This document shows positions 11,435 through 20,901 of a stretch of 64,000 nt of DNA, one piece after another. Made by a program: the position numbers and the translations under genes. The notes beneath the pieces are model-generated. The model ran no database searches. It was given only the letters and a program-made list of their open reading frames with translations, and was not told the origin of the DNA. This DNA is from Thermodesulfobacteriota bacterium (GTDB lineage: Bacteria > Desulfobacterota_D > UBA1144 > Nemesobacterales > CSP1-2). The stretch is from positions 289 to 64,288 of the forward strand of contig DASWID010000101.1 of assembly GCA_036397855.1 (NCBI GenBank). Direction: 5' to 3'. The number at the start of each line of letters is the position of its first letter. Position 1 is the stretch's first letter.

Positions 11435-11803
11435 GTGCTATTATTTCCATGTTATATGAGTAAAAATTACGAGTCCTATAAAGAAACTTGTCACATACTA
11501 AATCAGGCAATCGGTGCTCTAGTTATTCATAGGGGAGATATAAGAATACGTCTTATAAACGCATATGTGTTTCACTTGTTTAAATTGGAAGTTGATGATT
11601 TCCCTTGTGAACTTAGAAAGCAATTTAAGTGGGTTAAATCGCAATTAATAAATGAGGGCCGTCTAAAAAAATATGTATACCGAGGTAATTTAATAGACCA
11701 ATTAAAACGGTCTCTCCACGGAAGAAGGTATAAAACACTTGAGAGGATTGCGGAAGCTATACTTGATATCCGTGCCCGATTAGGTGACTACTTAGAGAAT
11801 TAA
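11435..11803 (+). CDS. hypothetical protein (island cargo)
   Basis: ORF only; no recognisable motif. Confidence 0.35.
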   Translation: MLLFPCYMSKNYESYKETCHILNQAIGALVIHRGDIRIRLINAYVFHLFKLEVDDFPCELRKQFKWVKSQLINEGRLKKYVYRGNLIDQLKRSLHGRRYKTLERIAEAILDIRARLGDYLEN

Positions 11804-11911
11804 AAGCCCCCTAATGCGTAATTATTATAAAATGTAGGAGACACACCTTAACCTGATATGATGATATTGACCTTACTTATAGAGTAGTTGACTCCGATTT
11901 TATTTATCCAT

Positions 11912-12475
11912 TTATGAATGCCTGCCTTTAGGGTCTTCGGGTATGGGTATAGGATGTAACTTTATTTTGGTTCTAATTAGAGTTCGTGGTTTATGTATGT
12001 CATTCCAATTCTCCATAATAAACTTAGAGTCAGATTTAGTATTTACATAACCTTCATGATGTGACGCACAATCTATTGAGACTCTTAATGCATCTTCAAT
12101 TTCTGGGTCTAGATATAAGCAATTTTCAGAAAGCCAATCTTGCATCTCAAAGTAAGCTTTATTTAGTTCATCTCGGTTATCATATATTTTGCTCGTAACT
12201 TTGTACCAGTGAGCGTATGCTTTTTGGTGTGCATCTACTATCTTGTCATATGCTATTAACTCTAACTTTTCTTTTCTTTGTCTTTCTGAGATAAGGTAGT
12301 TTGAAAATGAAGTGACCATTGCTCCAATTATTACCCCTAATAATCCAACGATAGCAACATTATCTAATTTTAACAATACTAATATGAGCCAAGCAACTGT
12401 AAATCCTAATGCAAATGCTATTATATTGGAGATGTTTGTAACTATCTTCTCTCTAATCAAAGTTATAATTTTCAT
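11912..12475 (-). CDS. 2-TM membrane protein, candidate SLATT-like effector
   Basis: Two N-terminal TM helices then a ~120-aa soluble helical domain; divergent from the TIR gene. Confidence 0.5.
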   Translation of the reverse strand: MKIITLIREKIVTNISNIIAFALGFTVAWLILVLLKLDNVAIVGLLGVIIGAMVTSFSNYLISERQRKEKLELIAYDKIVDAHQKAYAHWYKVTSKIYDNRDELNKAYFEMQDWLSENCLYLDPEIEDALRVSIDCASHHEGYVNTKSDSKFIMENWNDIHKPRTLIRTKIKLHPIPIPEDPKGRHS

Positions 12476-12545
12476 ATTAACATTCTAAGATTTTATTTAT
12501 TTGATTTCTAGGTGTAATATGCTGCTCCCCAGTAGCCATGTAGTG

Positions 12546-12582
12546 GAGCTTTTTTCACGAGGCACTTATCTTTTTGTTATAT
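12546..12582 (+). repeat. 37-bp perfect direct repeat, copy 1 (gagcttttttcacgaggcacttatctttttgttatat)
   Basis: Identical to 14194-14230. Confidence 0.9.
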
Positions 12583-12844
12583 GCCTTATACAGGCGACGT
12601 AACTCTTTTCGTTGCGACTTCAATAATGCTTACGTTTTATGGTTTCAGGAACACGATGGGCTTTTTGGGGTGTTGTTCCGTATTTTCTCATAGTTACGTG
12701 CTTTTGACGTAAAGGGATATTTTTAAGTATACTCCTATACAAGTAAAAGGGTGATAGGTGTTTGCATAACACCACATACTGGGGGCGTTTATACGAACTT
12801 TAGTTCGTCTAATTATTAGTTAGCCATAAAATCGTAAACATTGG

Positions 12845-13492
12845 ATGATGATAATGAATGCACCAAAGTGTTTCATTAGTTATTCATGGGATAATGATAA
12901 TCATAAAGATTGGGTTAGATTTTTAGCTTCTGAGTTAAGAGCTAGAGGGATCGATGCAAGACTTGATCAGTGGGATACTAAGCTGGGAATAAACCTTCCA
13001 GAGTATATGGAAACCTCAGTTCGTGAATCTGAATACGTCTTACTTATATGCACACCCTTGTTTGCTGAAAAAGCGAATAAGGGTTCTGGGGGTGTAGGCT
13101 ATGAAAAAACAATTGTAACTGGCGAAATATTTTCTGGTGTATCATCCAAGACAAAATTTATCCCTGTTCTTCGTAGTGGTAGCGAATCTGAAGCCATTCC
13201 TTCGTATCTCAGGGGTAAATTTTATATCGATTTTAGAAATGATCAGAATTTTAATGATTCAATTGATAAATTAATAAGAAATATTTTTGATGCTCCAGAA
13301 CACCCACCTCCACCGATTGGAAATCGGCCAAAATTTAATACACAGAGTGCTGGAGTGCGATCGGCACAGAAGGAGGTTCACTTTGACATTACGCGCTTTA
13401 GTAATGCATTTGAATATGCTATAAGCTACAATGGGTTAAGAATGGGAAGAGATGAGGCGCGTCAATGGGCTCTACGAAGATTGGAAGAATAA
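12845..13492 (+). CDS. TIR-like (SEFIR/TIR_2-type) domain protein
   Basis: N-terminal FISYSWDND...WV.FLA.ELR.RGID..LDQWD...YVLLICTP...GGVGYE pattern typical of bacterial TIR/SEFIR folds; ~70-aa C-terminal extension. Confidence 0.7.
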   Translation: MMIMNAPKCFISYSWDNDNHKDWVRFLASELRARGIDARLDQWDTKLGINLPEYMETSVRESEYVLLICTPLFAEKANKGSGGVGYEKTIVTGEIFSGVSSKTKFIPVLRSGSESEAIPSYLRGKFYIDFRNDQNFNDSIDKLIRNIFDAPEHPPPPIGNRPKFNTQSAGVRSAQKEVHFDITRFSNAFEYAISYNGLRMGRDEARQWALRRLEE

Positions 13493-13644
13493 ACAATAGT
13501 TCGCTAACATTTGCTTCAGCCGGCCCCTAAGCGGCGGCGCGATTTTCGGGTTTGCTGGTTTCGGCACAGTTATGTTCATTTTATACGCTTGAGTTGTGAA
13601 AATTCGCGGCGGCTGAGCAAAAGTATCTGGAAGAATACTTAAAT

Positions 13645-14064
13645 TTGGTCGGAAAGGTACTAATTGACTTTGAATACATTGAACTCGCACTGAAACTCTA
13701 TATCGCTGAAACGTATGCCACTATCTCCTCTCGACTAGAGGGGATCGTAACCTTCAAATATGGCTGGGAAGATGTAGAAAACGAACCACTTGACAGGCTC
13801 CTGAATCAATTCTCAAAGATCAGTTCCGATCATCAGCTCGTTAAAGGTCTTGGTCTTCTTCAAAAGGAGCGGAATAAGTTGGCGCATCAGGCATACGTCT
13901 TAACGTTGGAAGAACAGTCAGATCGTGACCACCTTGAAAAGGAATATGCACGTATTACAAAGCCAAAGTCCAAGACTAAGGCGTTAGTTGTGAGAACGAT
14001 GGAAGCGTGCAAAGTGCTCGAAAGTCCATTCTCGAAAACAACAAGAAAAAGTGGGAATACGTGA
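13645..14064 (+). CDS. hypothetical small protein with HEPN-like Rx4H motif (ERNKLAHQ)
   Basis: ORF starts at a TTG (no ATG available); Rx4H motif mid-protein; weak call. Confidence 0.35.
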   Translation: MVGKVLIDFEYIELALKLYIAETYATISSRLEGIVTFKYGWEDVENEPLDRLLNQFSKISSDHQLVKGLGLLQKERNKLAHQAYVLTLEEQSDRDHLEKEYARITKPKSKTKALVVRTMEACKVLESPFSKTTRKSGNT

Positions 14065-14180
14065 CACATCTTGACTATTTAAAATTATGCTAATGAGTTA
14101 AATCTATAAATATGTGTATATCTAAATAGATACTGTTTGTTATTGCTAGCATTAGCCATAATACCCTATTATTGCCCCCA

Positions 14181-14203
14181 GCTCGAGGCATTCGAGCTTT
14201 TTT
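14181..14203 (+). terminator. rho-independent terminator (gctcgag-gcat-tcgagc + T6)
   Basis: Perfect 6-bp stem, 5-nt loop and a U-tract; overlaps the start of 37-bp repeat copy 2. Confidence 0.6.
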
Positions 14204-14230
14204 CACGAGGCACTTATCTTTTTGTTATAT
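14194..14230 (+). repeat. 37-bp perfect direct repeat, copy 2
   Basis: Identical to 12546-12582. Confidence 0.9.
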
Positions 14231-14656
14231 ATTAATATTATTGTCTATTAAAAATAGCGACCTCTCCGGGGCAGGGATATACCCCTTTAAAGCACGCTAC
14301 GCTGACCGAGACGAGCCTCTATCCCGGTGGCTAATAGTAAATAGTGATAAAAATAAATTAGTAAGTTTAGAATGCCGTTGAATCCGGAGTTATCTTTCTT
14401 GGCAAAAGCACTCTACTTTGTGTAGCTTCGCCTTTAGGTAACTTAACTTGTCGTCCTCTAAGTTTCTTGATTACTTATTACATGAAGGAGGGGTACATAT
14501 CTGTGTTCAATATGTGTTTGTAGTGTGTTTATTCTATGGAAAAACCTACCATATAGGAGAAAGATATTGAAAAGTATTGAAACTGGGAATATAGAGGCTT
14601 ATTTCTCTTAACTTCTTGAAATCAAATAAGAATCTTTTGTTTATAATGGGTTATTT

Positions 14657-14707
14657 TTACTGGCGGCGGGAGGAATCGAACCTCCGACAAAGGCCTTATG
14701 AGAGCCC
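14657..14707 (-). repeat. attR: 3' half of the intact tRNA-Met plus 4 flanking nt
   Basis: Identical to 9961-10011. Confidence 0.85.
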
Positions 14708-14732
14708 TGCTCTACCTCTGAGCTACGCCGCC
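14661..14732 (-). tRNA. tRNA-Met (anticodon CAT)
   Basis: Cloverleaf folded by hand: acceptor GGCGGCG/CGCCGCC, D-arm GCTC..GAGC, anticodon loop CTCATAA, T-loop TTCGATT; CCA not encoded; anticodon stem has two G-U pairs. Confidence 0.8.
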
Positions 14733-14899
14733 AAGGTTAGTATTTGGAGTATGTTTCAAGCCAACATAAGGATATTTAACAGTTTTTCTACGCGGGGTTT
14801 ATTTTTATATGTTGATCTGGTCAGTATATCATGGCGGGTCTAACTTTCAAGACGAAACTAGCTTTTTTGTAACAAATTGGGGGTATTAGAAGCGAAATA

Positions 14900-14928
14900 A
14901 ATTTTCCTCTTGACAGATTAAGTAACGT
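14900..14928 (+). promoter_or_regulatory. consensus sigma-70 promoter TTGACA-17-TATAAT
   Basis: Perfect consensus hexamers with 17-nt spacer. Confidence 0.7.
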
Positions 14929-14934
14929 ACTTTA

Positions 14935-15030
14935 TAATCACTTTTAAATTTAAATTTTCAACTTAATGCACTTCATCCTTTATCCTCCTTTAAAGTGGGA
15001 ATGTTTCTAAATCTGGGAGCATTCCCTCTT
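14935..15030 (+). ncRNA. candidate small RNA, copy A (CU-rich anti-SD core AUCCUCCUUUAA + hairpin terminator)
   Basis: Between the promoter at 14900 and the hairpin gtgggaatg...cattccc (14995-15028); about 75% identical to 25512-25605. Confidence 0.5.
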
Positions 15031-15065
15031 AATTCATAAAAATAGCTTCGTTTAAGATTTAATGG

Positions 15066-15902
15066 TTACTTTAAACTTAAGTATTTAGATGGATTTAGTT
15101 TTTTGCCGTTTTTTATTATTTCGTAGTGCAGGTGTGTTCCAGTGGATCTTCCTGTGGAACCTGCGTTACCAATTAGATCTCCACTCTTAACCCTTTGTCC
15201 TTCGTCTACATCTACCTTCGTTAGGTGTCCATAAAGTGTTTGATATCCATTTTCGTGATTGATTATGACGGTATTTCCATAACTGTAATACCAACCTGCG
15301 TTAGTAACTAATCCATCAGCAGTCGCAAAAACTGGTTGTCGAGGTTTCGCTTCGAAGTCTATTCCGGAGTGAAAAGCCGGGGCAGCTCTAAAAGGATCCA
15401 TTCGATATCCAAAACCTGATCTGACATCGGATTTTATGATGGGCTTACCCAAGGGAAAACTCTTAATCGTATTAAACATTTCATATATATCCTTTTCCAT
15501 GTTATCAAGATAGGATAAATCCAATCCGTCGGCCGGGATGTACTCACCTCCCACGGCCAATTCTCTCTTTATACCCTTTCTGTCAAGTAACTCTTGCATT
15601 TCCAAGAGTTTCTTTTCGATTTCTATTAACCTGGATTTCAATACAAGTTCATCCTTGCTCATTTCATTTAATACATTGGACTGACTTTTTAGTTGGTCGG
15701 CCAGTTCTCTTTTCTGATGGGTACTTATTTCAGCTTTTTTGTAAAATTTATATGCAATAATGAAAGATAGAAGTGATACCAACGTGAGTCCAAAAAACGT
15801 GATCAGCATTATTTTAATGTGGTACAGTTTTATGTTAAGGAATTTTGGTACCGTGCATTCAAATTTAAATAAATGAATTTTAAGATTTTCCCGCGTCATC
15901 AC
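15066..15902 (-). CDS. M23 family peptidoglycan DD-metalloendopeptidase with N-terminal coiled coil
   Basis: HxxxD/HxH zinc motifs (HSGIDF...NHENGYQTLYGHL...THLHYEI); TM anchor. Confidence 0.85.
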   Translation of the reverse strand: MMTRENLKIHLFKFECTVPKFLNIKLYHIKIMLITFFGLTLVSLLSFIIAYKFYKKAEISTHQKRELADQLKSQSNVLNEMSKDELVLKSRLIEIEKKLLEMQELLDRKGIKRELAVGGEYIPADGLDLSYLDNMEKDIYEMFNTIKSFPLGKPIIKSDVRSGFGYRMDPFRAAPAFHSGIDFEAKPRQPVFATADGLVTNAGWYYSYGNTVIINHENGYQTLYGHLTKVDVDEGQRVKSGDLIGNAGSTGRSTGTHLHYEIIKNGKKLNPSKYLSLK

Positions 15903-16262
15903 CCATCCTCCTTTACAATAAGGTTAAATTATTGACCTATAAAGCGATTGATCCCCGGACTATGTTTGTGATTCTAAAATTTCGGGAACCAATATAACAT
16001 ATTTTAAAAGAGGTTTACAATACCAGATTTAAACAATTGAAATTTTGCTCCTATGTAGGAGGGTGCAGACCATGCATAATACTTCAAAAAAGAAACAGAT
16101 TCAAAAGAAGACCCATATTACTATTCAAACTACTTTGGCGTATCTCGTTTATGATCTTGCGATGGTGTTATTTATATAGTGTCAGTATAGAATTGACTCA
16201 AGAGCGATTGTGAAAGTCATCTTAAAAATTCTTTAACAGTCGATGTGGGTTTGAAAGTTGAT

Positions 16263-16703
16263 ATGGTACTGAAATTCCTTATTACTTTCTCATTAGCGAT
16301 AAATTTTGTCGCAGCCTCAAATGCGGGGGCGAAAATAGTGGTAAGCGATGCCTGGATAAGAGAATTACCCCCTAGCTCGTCGGTTACAGCGGCATACATG
16401 ATTATTGAAAATCTTGGCAACGATGATGACAAGCTCACAGGGATTAATGCTAGCTTCGCGGGGCACGCAGGGATTCATACAACCCAGATCGACAATAATG
16501 GAATTGCACAGATGAAGATATTACGAGAACTGGTAATACCATCAGGTAAAAAGGTAGTATTAGAACCGGGTGGAACGCATATAATGCTCACTGACATAAC
16601 TGAACCAATTAAAAGGGATGATACGCTAAAGCTAGAGTTAATGTTTGAAAGAGAGGGAATGAAAGAGATTAGTGTGAAGGTTAAGGGATTAACTGGTGAC
16701 TAG
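16263..16703 (+). CDS. copper chaperone PCu(A)C (DUF461)
   Basis: Signal peptide; conserved H...M...H.M copper-binding pattern (AGHAGIH...THIML). Confidence 0.65.
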   Translation: MVLKFLITFSLAINFVAASNAGAKIVVSDAWIRELPPSSSVTAAYMIIENLGNDDDKLTGINASFAGHAGIHTTQIDNNGIAQMKILRELVIPSGKKVVLEPGGTHIMLTDITEPIKRDDTLKLELMFEREGMKEISVKVKGLTGD

Positions 16704-17025
16704 CTGATGGGACCTAGATTCTAATATAATTAGAATCTCAATTTGCTATTTAACCAATCCATTGAGTAGAGACTACTTTAAGTCATTGTAAGATCTGATA
16801 AAAAATCTCCCGGTTACCACGGACGCAAGTTCTCCCGCAAGGGCAGGTGGGTACTTATCAAATAATAGTTAAAGACCGGTTTGGGAATTCAAGGGAAGCT
16901 ACTATTCCTAAAGGACAGACTACCACAGTTAGTGAGGGTAGAGACGGGGAGCTTCGGATTAATATCCATATAATCATAATCTGTAGAATCCTTCAACATG
17001 TTCACTACGCAAAAAGTAATATTTG

Positions 17026-17610
17026 TTATTCATTCGCTTCTTCCCATGCTTTCCACAGTTCTTCTATATTTTGACTTCTAGCAAAGTCCTCTTTGTAGTG
17101 TTGAGGATTAATCTGCCAACTCATGAATCTATGGAATACAATACTAAGCTTTTCCTTTACCAAGTAAGGATCAAATCCCCAAAACATATCCCATGTTCCA
17201 CCCAAGGGAAAAAAGATTTTGTAGAAAAGGACCTGCTTTGGTTCTAATCTATCATATGAAATCAACCCTGTCCGAACAAAGCCATAACCCATTCCGAAAT
17301 TAAAGGCTAAATTTTCACTGTTAAGCCCAAGCCTTTTTGCTGCCATCATAGCAAGCACGGTAAATACATACAAGGCTTCGGATGTAGCATATCCATATTG
17401 GGAAAGCTTCTCATCCATCTTAATAATTTTTGACATAAGCCATTCATATTCTTCTCCAATAAGCCACTTAAAATCCTTCAGATCCTCGTAGTTAAACTCC
17501 CCTATATCACCGCACATCTCAAAGGAGCATCTCAAGTCCTCCCATTCTCTTGTGATTATCTGATAGGTTTTATTTAGTGAAATCGGTAAACTAAATGACA
17601 TATTTCTCAT
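17026..17610 (-). CDS. hypothetical cytoplasmic protein
   Basis: ORF only. Confidence 0.4.
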   Translation of the reverse strand: MRNMSFSLPISLNKTYQIITREWEDLRCSFEMCGDIGEFNYEDLKDFKWLIGEEYEWLMSKIIKMDEKLSQYGYATSEALYVFTVLAMMAAKRLGLNSENLAFNFGMGYGFVRTGLISYDRLEPKQVLFYKIFFPLGGTWDMFWGFDPYLVKEKLSIVFHRFMSWQINPQHYKEDFARSQNIEELWKAWEEANE

Positions 17611-18314
17611 TGTTTTCCCCTTCTAATTAATTAGTTTTCCCGTATCAAAGGCGTTAAGACGTGATCCATATAAATGGTGCACCTACGATAATTTAGTCAC
17701 CCTCCACCTACCATTACTAAAGCGGGCAATTTTCATGCCAGTAGTTATAAATTTGATTGCGCAATAATTAAAGATAGTTATGACTGCAAGAAAACGAATT
17801 TATAACACAATGTGCAAGGATACACGGCTTCAGGTGTGAAAATTTCAACACCTTTAAACCATCAGATCAATTTATCAAATGAAACAAAAACTATCTTTGT
17901 AACTTGGAAGAGAGGTTAGATAAGATAGAAAATTCATTCGATAGCGGAGGCAGTGACACAAAAAGAATTGGGGCAGTTCCACAGATGACATGTTTACCAA
18001 CTAACAAAGCAGAACAGACGATAATAGACGGTATCGACAGAATTGCGAAAGGCATCCAGAATTAATTGCTATAACCACGATTTCACCTATCAGACGGTGT
18101 AAGTTGAAGTGGCAATCTATCTATTCCGTAAAGACATAGTACCACTTTCCGCACTAAGTATGGCTATTAAGCCATAGAAGGCCTCAGTTAGCGGGCAATT
18201 TCTAGGGATTTTTGTAAGAGGATTTGGGGAACAGCCCGTTGATTTTTGACCCCTCTTAGTTCAAAATTTACTTACAAGGAAGTGATGAGAAGAAAGAAAT
18301 AAAGTAAAGGCGTA

Positions 18315-18728
18315 ATGAGAGATAATTTAACTAAAGCAATTGTTTCTGCTCTAACTTTAATCCTGATATTTGCTTTTGTAGTAAGTTGTGACGATGACGA
18401 TGGGGAATGCAATTTTGACTTTGACGATATTTTAAACGGCTCTACGAGACCATCACAGACATCCGAGTGGGATTGCGTGGGAGATGGGGAGGTATTTTCT
18501 GTAGCTTTCTTTGAGGACGAAACAGGGTTTGACAGTGATTTGGGGCCATTTACATGGGAGAGGAGCGGTTGTAGGAGTCTAGTCTTCTTTTCAGGTTTTG
18601 GTGTGGGAGAAATATTTGACCTGCAAGGTTCAATTGATTCAGGCATTATCAGTTTTGCTCAGACTATAGATCGAGATTTTTTTGATGTTGCGTGTGAGTT
18701 GGATACAACTCCGGAAGATACAATCTGA
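18315..18728 (+). CDS. acidic Cys-containing lipoprotein
   Basis: Lipobox-like LILIFAFVVSC followed by a DDDDGE acidic stretch. Confidence 0.45.
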   Translation: MRDNLTKAIVSALTLILIFAFVVSCDDDDGECNFDFDDILNGSTRPSQTSEWDCVGDGEVFSVAFFEDETGFDSDLGPFTWERSGCRSLVFFSGFGVGEIFDLQGSIDSGIISFAQTIDRDFFDVACELDTTPEDTI

Positions 18729-18969
18729 GCCTTCTATAATAAATTCGAGCAATAATTAATAACCTATCTGTTAAGTTTGGAATAAAAGCATACCCTCATA
18801 TTATTCGGATCCTGTCTGCAATGGCTGGTGGCGTCTTGACAAGGTTAGTGATTAATTGAGAATTTTGCCGAAATATTCTCATAGTTGTGAGATAAGTGGT
18901 TGGTAATCAAAAAGCTATCTGACATTATCTGTCAGGTGGAGTATTGGTAAGTACAATTTAGGTTTACGT

Positions 18970-19090
18970 CTAGAGAGTCAATTTGGGCTTGTTCGTCTTT
19001 GTGAGATTTTCGACGGAATCGTTTACGATGGGAACAGCCCCTAGAACTTGGACATATTTTGTTTGGTAACTCAGTGCTCCCCCCCCATTG
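18970..19090 (-). pseudogene. C-terminal remnant paralogous to the last ~35 codons of the 20902-21360 gene
   Basis: In-frame translation ...SYQTKYVQVLGAVPIVNDSVENLTKTNKPKLTL* versus SYQTKYVQVLGAVPVVKNSVRSFTNTKKPKLTP*; no start codon; G8 homopolymer at the 5' edge. Confidence 0.6.
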
Positions 19091-19272
19091 TTTTCTTCCT
19101 TAATTTTTACTAAATTTCTTCTAACCTATCCTTAATGGGGAGCAGTATATGGGATACTTTTGACTGACGCTTATAGTTCGAGAGGAAATAGATTGTGCTC
19201 ATCTTACGTTGCTACATGCTTCAATTAAGTTTATAAGGTCAACGAGTAGTTAGATATGTAACGATAATTAAA

Positions 19273-20607
19273 TCAGTTGGCATACTGACCTCTAAACTGA
19301 CCGGTGTCTATAAGCATGATATTCATGCCAAAAGAGGTATTCATGACCTTTATGAATTCGTTAGCTATTAATGCATATCCGGCATTATTTGGATGGACTC
19401 CATCAAGACTGAACGCAGTATTCACATTGTCGATCAGTACGAATTCTCCTGTAAAACCATCAACACCTTGGTTGTTAATCTTGAATAGTAAATCATTAGC
19501 ATCAACTACCGGCACATTCAATTCGAATGCAATATTAGAGATTGATTCATTAAACTCAGCGACAGTATTTTGAATAGTTTCGTCCTCCGAAACTGTCAAT
19601 GTAAACTCACCATTAAAGGGCATGCCGGAGGGAACTAAGCCATTATCTTGAATTTCAATAACTAACTGCTCGGCATCATCCATTGTAAATCCTAGGTCAA
19701 TAAGTGCATTCGCATCTGGAATTCCAACCCCATTATTTTCATACGGCCTGCGGGATGAAAGTAATAGATGAACCACATCGCTCTCATCGGTCAGAATAGG
19801 AATAAATAGACCATCCCCGAAATCGATAGGCTGAAAATTCTGATCATACAATACCGGGACAGGGGTGTTAATTCCCAAGGCCGGAATGGTTGTGAAAATC
19901 CTATCGAAAAAGTTAATGAAAGGAATATCTACAACATCGGGAATATTAGCAACCACTATCGACGCGGATGTGTTGTTTCGTAATTTTGACAGTGAGTCTC
20001 TATACTCAGCATCGAACTCTTGTTCGGGTGTAATCCTATTCAGGTCACCCCCGTGTAATGCAGCACTTATAACATCATTACCTCCAATCCAAAACGAAAT
20101 GATCTCAGGATCTAAATCGATAGCCTGATCTAGCTGTGAACCCATTCCTCGTAAAATTAAGAAACGCAGATCATCAATTCTTGCATCATCATCGATGTCA
20201 AAAAGGGCATCACCCGGAATTCCCAAGTTGTCGTATGGTCTTGGCAACAGCGGATTTATTGCCAAATCGAAAATATCTTCGAGCTGTAAATCGTCTTCTA
20301 CGATTTCACCATTTCTAAACATCAGGGGTGTCTTTCCGGGATTTGCACCTATGCCCGGTCTACCAATCAAAGGCTGTTCGAAATCACCAACTCCAAGCTG
20401 CTGTGCAATGAAAAAAGGGAAGCTGTGCTGCTGAAAATCTATTACTAATCCATTTGATTGGACTCCCGTGGTAAGACTATCACCGACTGCAACGTATTTT
20501 CTTGGCCCAGAATCCACAATATCATTCACAACATCGTCGGTCTCGTCACAACCTGTAAATATCAGAAGATTGACTAAAATAATTAGGGTAAATAAGTTTT
20601 TAATCAT
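19273..20607 (-). CDS. SGNH/GDSL hydrolase family lipoprotein
   Basis: Lipoprotein signal; GDSLT block near the N-terminus; C-terminal DGVHPN block. Confidence 0.6.
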   Translation of the reverse strand: MIKNLFTLIILVNLLIFTGCDETDDVVNDIVDSGPRKYVAVGDSLTTGVQSNGLVIDFQQHSFPFFIAQQLGVGDFEQPLIGRPGIGANPGKTPLMFRNGEIVEDDLQLEDIFDLAINPLLPRPYDNLGIPGDALFDIDDDARIDDLRFLILRGMGSQLDQAIDLDPEIISFWIGGNDVISAALHGGDLNRITPEQEFDAEYRDSLSKLRNNTSASIVVANIPDVVDIPFINFFDRIFTTIPALGINTPVPVLYDQNFQPIDFGDGLFIPILTDESDVVHLLLSSRRPYENNGVGIPDANALIDLGFTMDDAEQLVIEIQDNGLVPSGMPFNGEFTLTVSEDETIQNTVAEFNESISNIAFELNVPVVDANDLLFKINNQGVDGFTGEFVLIDNVNTAFSLDGVHPNNAGYALIANEFIKVMNTSFGMNIMLIDTGQFRGQYAN

Positions 20608-20901
20608 CGGGTTCTCCTAAGATGGCTTGATGCTGTTTTAAAGTTGGTGATATTATTGTTTGAATTGAACTCACTGAGGTTTTTAAACGTACTTAGCATT
20701 ATAAATGTTAAATTCATTACATTCCTTTCGGGATCGGGACTTATTTGATTATCGTGACACAAAAGGGATAAGGATTCAATAGGAAAAATAATGTAATCCT
20801 TTTAGGGCGAAAATGTATGAAAGTATCCGTCGGTTTTATAAAGGTGGGTTGGGGATTTTGTACTGCTACCCTTTTGTCAAGCCTCCAAGTTAGGCTAACC
20901 T

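Larger units (their letters stand above)
9957..14707. mobile_element. tRNA-Met-integrated genomic island (integrase, RHH protein, TIR cassette)
   Basis: Bounded by a 51-bp direct repeat of the tRNA-Met 3' half (9961-10011 = 14657-14707); integrase lies next to attL. Confidence 0.8.

Noticed and set aside
14172-14381. 69-aa ORF downstream of the HEPN-like gene
   Set aside because: It spans the intrinsic terminator and 37-bp repeat copy 2, with no RBS. It is likely noncoding.
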